A DNA stretch of 64,000 bases from Felis catus (lineage: Eukaryota), in contig NC_058368.1 in the NCBI RefSeq assembly GCF_018350175.1, forward strand, positions 146,756,001 to 146,820,000, read 5' to 3'. The position numbers and the translations under genes are program-made. Under the pieces are notes generated by a model, which saw nothing but the letters and a program-made list of their open reading frames with translations, searched no databases and had not been told where the DNA came from. Below, piece after piece: positions 25,667 through 39,800 of this stretch (its first letter is position 1; every line of letters begins with the position of its first letter).

Positions 25667-25956
25667 TCAGTTGTATGCTCTGAAGCAGTAGACGCCATAC
25701 AGCTTATGCTTTTTGTCTGGGAAACCCACAAAGCGCACGGCAGCCTCAGTAGGACTGCAGCGCCTTCTTGGCCTAGAGATGGGGTAGCGGACACTGCCAT
25801 CCGCCAACCAGCCCGCATCACAGCGGTCGTATCCCAGAAGTTTCCAGGCAGCGAAGATCTGGCCCACTTTGGCAATCTGAGCACCATCGTTGAGACAAGC
25901 CTGCACCGCCTCATCATAGGTCAGCTTGGTGGGGTGGATCAGGTAGTAAAAACGGC
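25667..25956 (-). CDS. HAPLN1: HAPLN1 last coding exon, Link module 2, ending in TGA
   Basis: (G)RFYYLIHPTKLTYDEAVQACLNDGAQIAKVGQ...CDAGWLADGSVRYPISRPRRRC...YGVYCFRAYN*. Acceptor ctccacag|GCCGT. Exon lengths 103+372+303+290 = 1068 nt = 355 aa + stop. Confidence 0.98.
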
Positions 25957-26975
25957 CTGTGGAGGAAGAGAGAGAGAGCGCGCGTCAAAGGCCTGTCTGC
26001 GACTGCGCCATACAGAGACGGAAGGAGCCCAAACGGAAGCGTTTCTCGAGGAAGGGGGATAGAGAGCAATGTCTATAAAGCTCTGGGAACATAGGATTGT
26101 CACTTTAATGTAGTGCCCCTCAGTCATTTGCTGTTAAATTAACTTATTCCTTGCCCCTTAATATGTGTTCAGACATGCCCTTTTATAGCTTGAAAACAGA
26201 AAAGGGAAATGACAGTTGCAGTTTCTGTTAGCTAATTAGTGACTCAAAGGGCCCTTCTGTAGCACTAGAGCGAGAATTCCATGTTAAAAGCAAGAGCTAT
26301 TTAAATTCTAGCTGTAGCAAGACTGAGCCCCAGCACAAGTTTCTGGAGAGGCAAAATTTGAATGTGAAAAGATCAAAACACATTCCTGACATAAAAGTCC
26401 ATTTAAAAAAACTCAAAAGCCCTCAAGTCCTTTTCATTACAGGTATCAATAAGACATTATTCTTATTCAGAGACTACAGTATGAAAATGCAAAAAATACA
26501 GGAAGTCACTTGCCATAAATAATACGGACTCAGAATGCGAATCCAGTCTGTTCACCTACTAGCAAAGAGAATGAATTTTTTTTTTTTCAACTTGTCTCCG
26601 TGGGAGCCCTGACACCTAACCATATCTTGATTTCACAAGAAAGAGCAAGTTAGTCTCCACCACTTACTGAGTAAAGTTCATTACTGAGATGCCTTCAATG
26701 TGTATTAAATATGCATACAAAGTGTGAAGTAACACCGACTGACTGTGGTGAAACAGTGAAGATTATCTTAGACTTTTAGTTTCAGGTAGCATAAAGTCAC
26801 ACTCTTTTATCTGATTACCCTTTGCAATGTGATGTCTTCTTGTCCTCCATTACCTACAGATTATTGAAGAATAAATTAATGCTTGCCAATTCTTCTGTGA
26901 CTAAGACAATGCGATTTGGAGGGAAGGTAGAGGCCACCGCAACATTAGCTACAAGGTTCGTTCTGTCATCCACAC

Positions 26976-27175
26976 CAGAGGTCCCCAAACTGGAGCACAA
27001 GAGTCCGCTGGAGTTTTGTTAGAACACAGCCACACCCATCCGTGTAGAATTGTCTATGGCTGTTTTGTGTTACAGTGTACAAAACCACATTGAGTGGTTG
27101 CAACAGAGACCCTGTGGCCCACAAAACCAAAAATATTTATTATCTGGCCCTTCACAGAAAGTTTGTTGATCCCTG
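26976..27175 (+). mobile_element. MER58A-like hAT MITE
   Basis: GAACACAGCCACACCCAT...TTGTCTATGGCTG...GCAACAGAGACC...ATATTTATTATCTGGCCCTTCACAGAAAGTTTG...CCCTG. Confidence 0.8.
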
Positions 27176-27231
27176 ATCCCTTGCTATTTTTCCTAAACCA
27201 TGTCATCAGGGAGCAAAAATATAAAATGATG

Positions 27232-27611
27232 GGGCCAGTGTTGGCTTTATGGATGTGTGACCTGTACAGTTACACAGGGCCCCATGCTTGCTTTAACCTA
27301 CTGCTGTCACCATCTTAAAATTCTTAAATTTTTTTTTAACGTTTATTTTTGAGACAGAGAGAGACAGAGCATGAATGGGGGAGGGGCAGAGAGAAAGGGA
27401 GACACAGAACCGGAAGCAGGCTCCAGGCTCCCAGCCATCAGCACAGAGCCCATCGGGGGGCTCGAACTCAAGGTCCGTGAGATCGTGACCTGAGCTGCAG
27501 TCAGACGCTTAACCAACTGAGCCACCCAGGCCCCCCAAATTCTTAATTTTTGTATGAGGAGCCCACATTTTCATTTTGCACTGGGCCCCACAAATTACGT
27601 AGCTGGCTCTG
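27232..27611 (+). mobile_element. MER91A-like element interrupted by a SINE
   Basis: GGCTTTATGGATGTGTGACCTGTACAGTTACACAGGGCCCCATGC...TTTCATTTTGCACTGGGCCCCACAAATTACGTAGCTGGCTCTG. Confidence 0.7.
27328..27536 (-). mobile_element. SINEC_Fc in the last HAPLN1 intron
   Basis: Reverse-complement Can-SINE; TSD AAATTCTTAA. Confidence 0.93.
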
Positions 27612-28085
27612 GATGGAGCAAGACAGGGCTGGGGGTTACACGGAAGGCAATCAGCAACACCGAGGCAACCTGATCTCTCTTCTTCTGCGTTCACCTCCAG
27701 TGTTACTGCTACTTAATTTTTCTTGCCAAGTTCTCTTTACTCTGAGCTCTCTCCTGATGGTGCGCTTTGCTGACCAACCCTGAACATAACTGGCCTTGTA
27801 ATTTAGAGAAGGAGAGTATGACTCGGAAGCTACCTTCACTTCACTAAGAGCTCTGTATCCCAGGGCACACATCTCTTTTGCGCACAGGGGCAGCAGCATC
27901 TTTGTCAATAAGAAAGAGAACCCTTACAGTTTAAACTATTTTATGATAATCTGATGCAATAAAACCTAAGAATAGTGGAAATAAGCATTTTTGCTTGCCC
28001 TGCGTGAATATTTTAAAAAATTATGACAGTAAAGAACTTTACATGTTCAAACGGGAACAGTGCATCAAAACCATGTTCTTTTCTA

Positions 28086-28673
<588 letters not shown>

Positions 28674-29222
28674 TCATAACTTCGGTGATTTTACCCTTTT
28701 GCTAAGAGCTCAATCCAAGCCTTAAAATTCTCTTTGCTGGAATGATTCATCCACAGGTTATGTTTTTCAAATAGCCCCCCTTGAGAATTTACCTTCTGCT
28801 ACTAGTCACTAATGTTAAAAGGGATTTCTACTGAGTCCTTTTTAGCTGGGAAAAAGTCAATAATGAATACTAATAGTGGTAGAGGGTATAGAAACAGTGC
28901 TCAGAGAGAAGGTATTTTGTTTTTTCCATGTTTTTCTTAGTAATCTTTCTTATATAATTAGTAATTTGCTTAATATAGCCTTTTAAATGTATGAACAAAC
29001 ACGGTAACAAATGATTCAAATGTAGATATATACTTGCTTTTACATATGTTTCTAAAAACTTACAGATAAGAAATTTTCATTTAGGAGGTTTCTTATTTGG
29101 AGAAACTCTAAAGTGAGTTTACATGTCTAGCAAAAACCTAATTAAGCACCCATACTTCATATTAATAAGATAATTCTTTCCAGTGTAGCACAACCTCCAT
29201 AGAGAGTATCCTGACTTTATCC

Positions 29223-29444
29223 TTTTTTTTTCTATGTTTATTTATTTTTGAGAGAGAGAAAAAGAACGCGCGCTCGCGTGCGCGCGCGGGAGAGGGGCAG
29301 AGAGAGAGAGAGGCAGAATCTGAAGCAGGCTTCAGATTGTGAGTTGTCAGCACAGAGCCCAACGTGGGGCTCGAACTCTTGAACGGCGAAATCAGGACCT
29401 GAGCCGAAGTCAGACGCTCAACCAGCTGAGCCACCCAGGCTCCC
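29223..29444 (-). mobile_element. SINEC_Fc with an internal (CG)n-rich run
   Basis: Reverse-complement Can-SINE. Confidence 0.92.
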
Positions 29445-29994
29445 TGTGACTCTTATCCATTTCAACTTTTAGTGTAGCCCTTAATCTTATTTTATTTTTT
29501 CTGTCCTTGAATGGTGCAGCTAAAATGAAAGGTTTCATTTAAAAATATTTCTATTACCTTTTTCAGCTTTCATATTCGTATATTGAAAATTGAAACTAAC
29601 TTTTAAAAACATTTTTATTGCAAATAGAAAAATAGAAAAACCTTTCCAAAACTTGTCCTATACAAGGTAGATACAGAATAAACATCTTTTGAGTTAATGC
29701 CAAAGAATTAAGTAAAATATTTGAAAATGCAAAAGCACTTAACGAAAGTGAACAGTGTGACTTCGGCACTTGACTTTGCCTGGGAAGATGCAATTACTTT
29801 CCAAAAGCATTCTTTTTGGTCAGATCATCACTAGCGGTCATTGAACCCTCTCGTAACTTTCTGTACAATTTCCTTAAAGGATAAGAATCACATCACAAGG
29901 AAGCGAAGTTGTATCATTTGCCGGACTTTAAGAAAGACCACTGCATCAAAATGTCTCCCCATACAAGACTGTTAATTTATAAACATTTAAAAAA

Positions 29995-30191
29995 GGGGGT
30001 GCACCTGGGTGGCTCAGTCAGTTGAGCATTGGACTTTGGCTCAGGTCATCATCTCATGGTTCATGAGTTCAAGCCCCACATCAAACTCATTACTGTAAGC
30101 ACAGAGCCCTCTGTCTCCCTCTCTCCGCCCCTTCCCCACTCATTCTCTCTCTCTCTCAGAAATAAACATTATAAATAAATAAATAAATAAA
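29995..30191 (+). mobile_element. Can-SINE with (TAAA)n tail
   Basis: Head GGGGGTGCACCTGGGTGGCTCAGTCAGTTGAG. Confidence 0.9.
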
Positions 30192-33100
30192 TGACTATTA
30201 ATTTAGAGTGGTTATTCAAGGAAGGCCTTACCTTGGATTTTTTACTATAATTAGAAATGATTAATACTTGAGCATGTGGAATATGAAAAATTGTCCCACT
30301 GACACAGTAATTGGTAGGTTATATCATAAGTGCCATTTTATGAGACCGCAGACCCTATTCAAGATGAATCTACAATTGACTAATAGTGTAACCAGGACAC
30401 AGGAAATGTTTTCTTTTATAAGTTGTCCTGGAAGACTCTACAAGAAGAAATTTCAATAGCCTAAATCAAGTCCTGTCCACTCAGGGCCTCTGCAGGACAC
30501 GTTTGTCCCTCTAGGGCAGTCCAGCTGGCACTCTTCACTGGAGGCAGAGATCCAGGAAGGCTTCCTGATCTCATCCTGCCTTCTCAGGTTCTTGGCTGAG
30601 GGATCTGTAAGCTGAATCAGAGCCAAAAGGAAGGAGGAAAAGACTCTGTCAGTTACCACTGCCCCCTGCAGTGATGGGGGTGGAGGGGAGTCTGAGATGG
30701 TTCTATCTAAGAAGACCTATTTCCAGGCATCCAGCTAAGAACCCCAGTTAGTGCTGGAAGGATCTGCTGTAGCCCTGCCTGTCCCCTCATGCCTTTCGTC
30801 CTCTTTGCTCAGAACTCCAGCAATGCCAATGAAAAGAGAAATAATTAATTTATCCAGTAGAGATTTCCTTGGCAGCTAGACCCCAAGTGAAAGGAAAATC
30901 TCAAAGTGTTTCAACCTGGAGAAAGAAACCTTTTGGGTTGGATTTTGTTTCCCAGATGTCTCAAGATGGAAATAGTGGAGGATGTAGGATATTTTAATTT
31001 GTAATAATTTTAAAGACCTAGACAACCTTTCTGGTTTAAACTCACTGTGGTATATTTGGTGGACTATCATGGACATTAGGAAAAAATTTTCTTTAGTGGC
31101 TATTCTTGATTAACAATTGAATGTTACTGAAACACAATTGATTCAGTTCCAAATTTAGTGTACTGTATTTTTATTTAAGTTCTTTTCAAATTTAACATAA
31201 CTTCATGCAACCCCTTCTTAAAATCAAAGTGAAACCCTATATGACAACTTTATTATTTTTTAATTGTAGGAATAATTGGTCAACTTATTGTTATACCAAC
31301 TCAAAAGATTTACTTGAATTTTAATGTTTGATGATTATGGAAATAATACATTCCAGGGAAATAAGGGTCATTTTCTATGTCTTAGCCAAAGTGGTAGAAG
31401 TTTCACTGTATTGAGCACATTGGGTGCACACATTTCAATAATCTTGATTCTTACAAGCAGGGGCATTTCTGAAACTACATGTTTGTTAGCATTTTATTTA
31501 TTTACTTGTTTTGCTTCCATTGAGTTAATATTTTAATATCTAAGACTATAATTGCAGAAACCTTGGCTCTGTGGAAAAATGTGTAATTCCTACAGCTGAA
31601 TTATGGAGCAAATGGTTATTGCTTTCATCCAGCATTACAAAAATAAGAAAAGTTACACTTACACAGGTGACACCAAGGGTGTGTGATTATTTTCCACGTA
31701 TGATTATTTTATAGTTATATGTCAAAATGTTATCAAAAACCATATCTTTTCCCATGAAGGGCTGGTATGTATCATGACAAAGGAGATTAATAAGAATGAT
31801 ATATTGTATGGAAAAAATAATATCAAATGACGTGAGAAGTTCAGTTGTCGAAGTATGTTTTGAAAACACATTCCTTAATATTTATAATTTTGCAGTCCAA
31901 TTCACCCTAGTTGTTGGCAAATAACAATTTGTTAGACACATAAGATGTTCATACCATGGCCCATATGAAAGCTAATGTAAATTTCAGTAACTTTATAAAG
32001 TAAATATATTTAGTAATAAAAAGACAGAAATCATGGAGTATAATTTTACTGTCTTCAGTGCCTATTAGTTCTGTACACATCCTGTACACATACATATCTG
32101 AAATTATTTTTCTATTTGTAAAAGTTCTCATACTATATTTTTGTATATTTGGAGCTGTTGTCACCAGTGGAAAACCAATACAGTGGAAGGTCGGAAGCAC
32201 AAACATCATGTTCTTTTTTGTATCTTTATTTATATATGTGTTGATTGCTGAGATGATTTCTGCAGACCCAGCTATTCATTAATTTCTGGTGACATGAATT
32301 TCTTCATTATATTGACATGAGGCTATTCTCTTGTTGGGTGCTGTTTTGGGCATGGTGGGTAATCGGGAGTAGTCAGAGGGCGTTACCCTACTCAAGATTC
32401 TATATGAAGAAATTGCACGGCTAACTCCAATTTATATGTAGTTCAGTCTCTCAAAAAAATGTATATATTTTTTTTTATCAGTGTGATTCAAAAAGTTCAT
32501 AAGTCACAACTAAGAGCAAGGCCCTGTACTCGGTTCTCTAGGATACAGGTTTGGGGTGTGCCTGTTACTGAAGACAGCTCATGATTTGATATGCAATTTG
32601 AATCCAAGACAGAATAAAATCTTGGAACATAAATACAAAGCATATAATTTGGACATCTTGAAGAAGAACGATTTTTTCCTAATTAGAAAAATTCTTTGGA
32701 GAACATAGCATTTAGTCTCTAATAAAGGGCCAATATAATTTAAGACGTTGTTACAATTACAGTTGAAAAGGCAGCATAGTCATGACATTTAAAATGATAT
32801 TAGTTTTTGGTGCTCTTATTTATGTGCATGAGAACATTGACAAGGAGCTTGAGTGAAAGCTGCCTGAGTGGTAGATGGTCACATTAAGAATGTAAATGAT
32901 AATGAAAAAAAGTCAAAAACTGGGGTGGAGCTAGTAAGTGATAACTGCAAGCTTGCGTTTGCACATGCAGTTTATTTGAGCCTTTACAACACACCTTGCT
33001 CCTCTATCCCAGACTATGTGGAAACTATCAAGTCACTTTCAGGCAGCAAGCAAGCTCCTGAAATTTTATTCTCCAAGGGTTAGCTTAAATTTTTTGTGTG

Positions 33101-36100
33101 CAATTGCATTTTAAAATATGTGTCCTTATCTCTTCTTGCAGCAGGTATAGATAAAATAATATGCTTTCTGAGTTTTTCTTGAAAAGATTCAGTAGAAATA
33201 GGGTTATATAAAGCAAGATAAAATGAGATGCCATTATCATAATTTCTGAAGCTGGACAATAGTATATGGGGGGTCAGTCTTTCTACTTTTCCAAATATTT
33301 GAAATTGGCTATAATAAAAATTTGTATCCCACCCTATTACTGAGCTTAGAGCCCTAAACCAGTCCAGGTGGATGCCGACTGTCTATGGCCTCTGGTGTTC
33401 ACATGTTTACCTTTCAGGAGTTTCTCTCTCATACCCACGATGCCCTCTCCCTTGCTTTTTCACACTCTCTACCCTTTGGAAGGACCCTTTCATCTTTCAT
33501 GGTCCAAATCAAGTGTTGCTTCCTACTTTCCATGGCCCCTGCATGGCAGGCATTTTTTGTTTTCTGTATTTAAAAGTTTAAACGCATTTTATCTAACATT
33601 CAATCACTTGTAAACGATTTACTGAGCACTAATTTTATTCTTGGCACTTGATTGCCCTCAAGTAGATTGTAGTTAGCAAGTGGAGACAAGCAAGTTTACA
33701 AATATTTACAAGACAAAATGTGATGAGAGCTAAATGGAAAGCTGTGTAAGGTGCTGTGAAAACATCACAGCTTAGGAGAGGAGGCAGAAGGTACAAGATA
33801 GAACTCTGATCTTATTCTTTGAAGATTTGTATTTTCTTCACTTGTTTGGAAATGGATTCATGTATATGAGACTAAATGTTAAAATGTTAGCTTTTTCAAG
33901 GCAGGTCCGCTGGTTACTGATGGCTCCTACCCTTTCTGCAGCACACAAGAAAGATGGAAAAACACTACCTGCATTGAGGGGAATTTCAACAGCTACCATG
34001 AATACACCAATTAATGCAGTATGACCAAAAGATAGTTTGTCGGTTATCCCCCAAATAACTCTGGGACCTTTAGGAATCCTCTCAAGCTGGGAGCTGCCAA
34101 AGACTGCTGTCTTTTTGAAGCCTCTGGTCTTCTCTCCAACAGAGAATTTCTCCTTCCCGTGAATCCCTGGATCATAGTGGATAAAGGCATAGGCTTCTTC
34201 CAATGTCTTGGTATCAAATTCTAATTCTAGCTCTTACCACTGGCCATGTTACCTTAGAAAAGGAGTTTTCCCTAAGTCTCATCTGTCAAGTGGGATTACT
34301 GCAAGTGGGCAAAATACATAGTGAGCACGATTATAGCAACTGGTTTGTACCCACTTACTTTACCAAATTCTACCTGATTTCATTTATTTATTTTAACTGA
34401 AGTGTAGTTGACCTACAAAATTATAACTTCTGCCTTATTTTAAAATACTTACTTTGTAAAGTATATTGGGATCTTTAATGGCCTGTAAGACTTTTGAATT
34501 AAAAGAACCAAGACTTGGAAGTCTTTATATCTCCTGGCACCAAAACAGTCCTTGGAAAAATATTTATCAGTTAAATTGGTTTCTTGGACACATTTACTTG
34601 GCTCGTATGCTTATGGGTTATATGGTATGGAAGTGTTCCAATAGGGCGGAAAGCATGATGATTTGGGATGGTGCAGGGCCTAGGCAGGAAAAAATTATTC
34701 TTCTTATAGTTCCTTTTCAGCACCTTTAATTATGTCTTGAATACAGTCTCAGCTTGACCTTAGAGTGCCTCATCCTCTAACACATGAATCTCCTTTTCAG
34801 ACAAGGGTAAAGCAGGTTTCATGCTCAAAGCTATTAGCACGCAGGTATCCAGGTGGAAGATAGAAGTATCTTATATTAGTTGTATTTATTTTTATGGTGT
34901 CCTTCTATTTCTGGTGAGTTATATGGGTTTCTATTCACTTAAAATTTCATTTTAAAATAAATGTGGGGAGACAGTAAATATGGTATGTGAATTACTTGGG
35001 TTTGGGAAATACATGGTATAAAAATAGAATTTTAGAAGAAAAAGTAACTCGATGGGTAGTAACAGTTCAACCTATTATTCGTAGAAAAGGAAGCCAGGTA
35101 CAGTAAATATAAATAACTTTCCCCAGTTATAAAACTCATACTGGCAGAGCTGGGACTAACCTAAGAGTCTTGGGACTACTAGCTCAAGGCTCCGTCCACT
35201 GTCTGATGCCCCTTTGATAAAGGAAATTGGCTGTCAATTCATATTTGATGGTTAACAGTCTTCTCTAAGCCAATCACTTGTTTTATCTTGAATAATGCTA
35301 ATGTTTATGGATATTAATGTAAATCAATAAAAACTGAAAGTACAAGGTGACATATAATCAGGAGCCAAGAAGTACAACTAAAACACACAAGAGAAGGTCA
35401 CAAAAATGTACTTTATGATACTGTGCAATTTATTAGATACATAAAGCTAATAAATCTCCATACGTGTGATGGGATTCTATGGGATTCAGAAGGTCACATC
35501 TTCAGTGATGTGTTAATGAACCAACACACGTGTGGAAAAGGCACAAATCTGTCCTAGGATGTGAAAGGAGCTTCTAACAAACATACACCTATAGTTTATG
35601 TGCCTAAGGAAGGAAAGTATTCCAACAATATAGCCATTAGTCATCCTTCAGTGTAAAGAAACACTGAAATTCATGAATATGAGATATTTTGAGATATGAG
35701 AAACAGAGAGGAGTTTCCCTGTCAGTGGGGCATATAGACGGTGGGCTTTGGGCAGAGGGGAGGTGGGATGGCGAGGACACTTTTTATTGTTTAGCATTCT
35801 TCACATTTTGGTTTTTAAAACTTCTGAAAAGATTGCCTATTTAAGAAATAAAATTCCTCCAGAATGCCTTGAGTATGTGGTATTCGGTGTCTAAAAGAGT
35901 CTGGACCATTAAAAATGTTTACTTCTTTACTTATTTATTTAAGTAAATCTGGAGGGCACTTTTTTGTTAAATTAAGTTTTCAGTTAGTTGATAGAATACA
36001 ATTACATGTATTTTAGCTAGCAGATGTCCTTCACAAAAGTTGGCATTATTTGAAACTGAGATAATTTTAGAAGCATAATAAAAATGCATTCAATCTGAAT

Positions 36101-36410
36101 TTCTCAATAACTATGTAATGAGATTTAAATTTTGAATAGCATAAGGCAGTTTCCAAGTATTGTTAATTCAGTTCCACTGCACGTTTCTCCTACTTGCAAA
36201 TAGCTTCACTTTTACGTATAACCATTGTGTGTACATTTCAAACATGAAAGCTGGAATCAGTGACAGACTGCAAAACACAAAAGAGCAGAAGCATTCCATT
36301 CATGGGCTTTTGAGTTCTCACATTATCACTGTGGTAACCACTAGACGTTACTCATCATGAAAAATGATTAATTATCATTTCCAAGCTTAACATGATTTAT
36401 AGGTACCTAC

Positions 36411-36782
36411 CTTGCAAATCTAATGCTACCACAGCAGTATCATCTTCTAATCCTTCAATCACCTCACACTTATATCTCCCATAATCCTCCAGGGTGAGGT
36501 CTGCGATCACCAGAGAAGCATCATTATCACTGCCTCCCTTCAGAAACACTCTGCCCTGGTAGCCTGCATAGGCTTTCTTGTGATATCCCATGGAAACAAA
36601 AACGTCCACTTCCTTGAGGTAATCTGAAGTTAGCTTGGTCCACTTGATTCGGATTTTGTGGGTTCCTGAGCCAAATGCTGTAGGGTCTCGGTAAAATTTA
36701 CATGGCAGTGTAACATTGCCACCTCTATGTGAGAACACCTTGGTTTGTTCTGCTTCTACAAGTAGACGGGGGCCATTTTCTG
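36411..36782 (-). CDS. HAPLN1: HAPLN1 Ig V-type domain exon (372 nt)
   Basis: (A)ENGPRLLVEAEQTKVFSHRGGNVTLPCKFYRDP...DYGRYKCEVIEGLEDDTAVVALDLQ. Acceptor aatag|CAGAA, donor CAAG|gtaggt; phase 1-1. Confidence 0.98.
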
Positions 36783-36787
36783 CTATT

Positions 36788-36825
36788 AAAAAAAAAAGAA
36801 AGAAAGAAAGAAAGAAAGAAAAGAA
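36788..36825. repeat. A10-(GAAA)n microsatellite forming the polypyrimidine tract of the Ig-exon acceptor
   Basis: Directly visible next to the acceptor. Confidence 0.9.
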
Positions 36826-39800
36826 CCATTAAAATGCTTGTAGACTTTTTAAAAAAAATAAAATAAAATATGCTATCTATATATCTATACAGGGTATCTG
36901 ACAAAGCTTCTCTGCATTCTTGAACACAATCTTTTCTGAAGCACATGGAAAGGTACCTCTAATACCTAGAGGGCATCTATAAGGGAGTCATGCATTTGAA
37001 ACCACTGAAAAAAAGAAGGGTGTTAATTATACTAATTGAGAAGTATTGAATAGAAAACTCCACAGTCATCAAAATTTGATAATTTAATAGCAAATTCCAT
37101 TTATTTTCTCTACATTTCAATATCAAAAATGTAGAAACAAGACCAAGAGAAATGGCATAGTTCCATGACTAATTTCATCAATATAAACCAAAACATCTCA
37201 AGATTTCAAACAAAACACCTAAGATTTCTGATATAATAAATCTCTTTTTTATTTATGGGAAGAATATAAAACTACATGATCAGTTTTCATTGCACTGTTC
37301 TGGGCAAAGAACTTAGAATATCCTCACATATGTGGCTTTTATTCACATATACACTTGTAATATGACATTCTGGAGCATTTCAAGCAGTATGTATATATTT
37401 TATTTTCATATGAAGACTAGACATCGGAAAGGTACTTTCAGCCAATGCTTTAAAGAGATTCAGGTTTTGAAATATATCCCTCAAAACTTGAATGTTAAAA
37501 GTATATCCAAAGTTACATGTTATTTTCTGATTAACCAAAAGATTACTGGTTCTTTTGTACCCTTAAAATCTCCTTCTACTTCTTGTCTTTGCTTTCTGCT
37601 ACATTTTGTTTTATAGTTTATCTTATCGCTCCCACCTTTCTTCTTCTTGCCCTTTGGTTTCCCTCCTCCCTCCCCCAAGAGCAAGAGAGCCTTCCAGAGA
37701 GCACCGCAAGAGTCCAAGCCTGCCAAACCAGCAAGGCTCCTGTTCTCTAGGGAGCCAGCTGTTATTTTCACATCTTGGCTTTCTCTGGGGTTCCCCCTGG
37801 TTAGCTCATTGTGCTCTTGACCTTGACAAGGTCTCTTGAGGACGTGCAACATTTGAAAATGAGAAAGCAATTGAAAAACTCTAGGACACACACGCCTTCT
37901 CATCTCCACACAGCTTTCGAAGCTTGCCAAAAGCTACCTTTCACGAAGTTCTGCAACTCTTCCTGCCTGTGGCAGGCAGGTAGTGAATAAACCTTGGCCA
38001 TCAGTCATTTAACATATACAGGTCAGGAAGAGTACCCACTCACCTCTGGACAGATCCATGCCTTACTTATTTAATGGCATACACAGGATTCAGATTTTAA
38101 AATAAAAAGCGTGAGGAATAGAGATGGTAGTTTTATTTTTATCATATAGCAATGAGTATTTTAAAATGAATATATTTCATTTAGAAGTCAGCCCAATGCT
38201 CAGAAACTGAAAAGTTTAAGCCATTAATGCCTCCACTTGGAATAGATAATAAATTAAGGATAATGGCTTAATTAAAATGAATCATAAATCCAGCTCATTA
38301 AGCATTTCCTTTAGATTTTATTCTTTATCTTTTTATTTAGGATCATAGAATCATAAGGGATGAATGGTAAATCTACCCAACTCTACCCTACATGTAATTT
38401 TTTTCCCCTACAACATCCCTAATGAGTGCATCCAAGTATCTTCTTTCTGGGAGGAGGAAAGTGCTGTCGACTGCTCAGTAGAGCCTGAAGGGTGTAGGGA
38501 ATATCTCCTACCTAGTTCCTGGAAGGACACCTGCTCCAGGAGGTTGTAGTCTCATGATTCTTTGAAGGCTTTCACTTTAAAGTTAAAACCAATGTCCAAA
38601 TACACAGGGATAGGGGATATTATTAAGTATTCTTATACTTAGAATTATGTCTGACCAAAAGTAAGCGTGCACTCACTGCTAACTCTTCCTACTGCATAGA
38701 TTTTGCATAGTGTTTCTCAAATATGGTATTGCCTGATATTGAGCCTAATTTTGGCATATATTAACCTTCCACAGTTCTACTTACTTATAAAGTTATGAAC
38801 CATGTGGGGTGACAGATACATAAAATGCCACTTGTGTCATAAAGGAGATGTAGAAATTATTGTGTGGTTTTACATAATCATAAGGTGTTCCAGAATGAAT
38901 ACAAGGTCTGAGTGTTTCATAAATTAAAGAGTTCAAGCAAAGATCAAAACCCTTGCACAAGGGACTGAGACTTCTAATTTTTTTTTCCTGTGGTTACCTG
39001 CACATCATCTCGTAGTATTTTAGAATTACAGGTTTCTGATTTTTTTTAGGTACTATTTGTTTGTAATCCAACATTGTGAGTAGGTGATGATTTATGTGGT
39101 ATAATATTGAGAATTGAACAGACACCAAAAATCCACTGATTTCCCACAAAATAATTTTTCTAACAAGGCTGCCAGAATGTATAAAATTCTACCATTCTTG
39201 TTTTTTGGGAAGGGAGGTTGGGGTGTTGTGGTAATCAATGCCACAAGTCTGTGGCTGAAATTCAAAGAACTCTAAGAAAGATGTGCAATATGTAACACAT
39301 TGGGTGACTGAGGGCCATCAATGTTCATTAGCCTACACCCCCAGCCTGGCATTGAGAACAATGGTTTTTTGTTTGTTTGCTTGTTTTTAGAAGATTGACA
39401 CTGCACATGATACAGCACTGAGGATCGTTGGTGAGAGTGATCTGTTGCAGAACAAGTGAAATGTAGGAAGGAGCACTGGCCAGTGAGTCAGGAGCTCGGG
39501 GTGTTTGACTGACTGGTCTGCCTCATGAGAACATTCAGTTTAAGATTCTTGCCAGGCTCCTCGTGACAGGCAATCATGTTAGGGGTCAGCCAGGAAACAT
39601 CAGCTAGAGAGGGGAGAAGGCAGATACAAAGAACAGAAAAGGGAATCGAGTGTGCGCATGACAAACTTTGCACCCATCTTGTCTAGGGTAGGTCTTGAAT
39701 CTCATCATTGGATGCAAATACCTAAGTGCCTTGAAATTTGAAATTAATGTTTAAATCAGCCTGTTTGATAAGTAGGCAGTTGCAAAGCAAATAAGAAACA

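Noticed and set aside
25630..26062. Overlapping alternative-frame and antisense ORFs on the last exon
   Set aside because: Expected by-product of GC-rich coding sequence; no recognisable protein.
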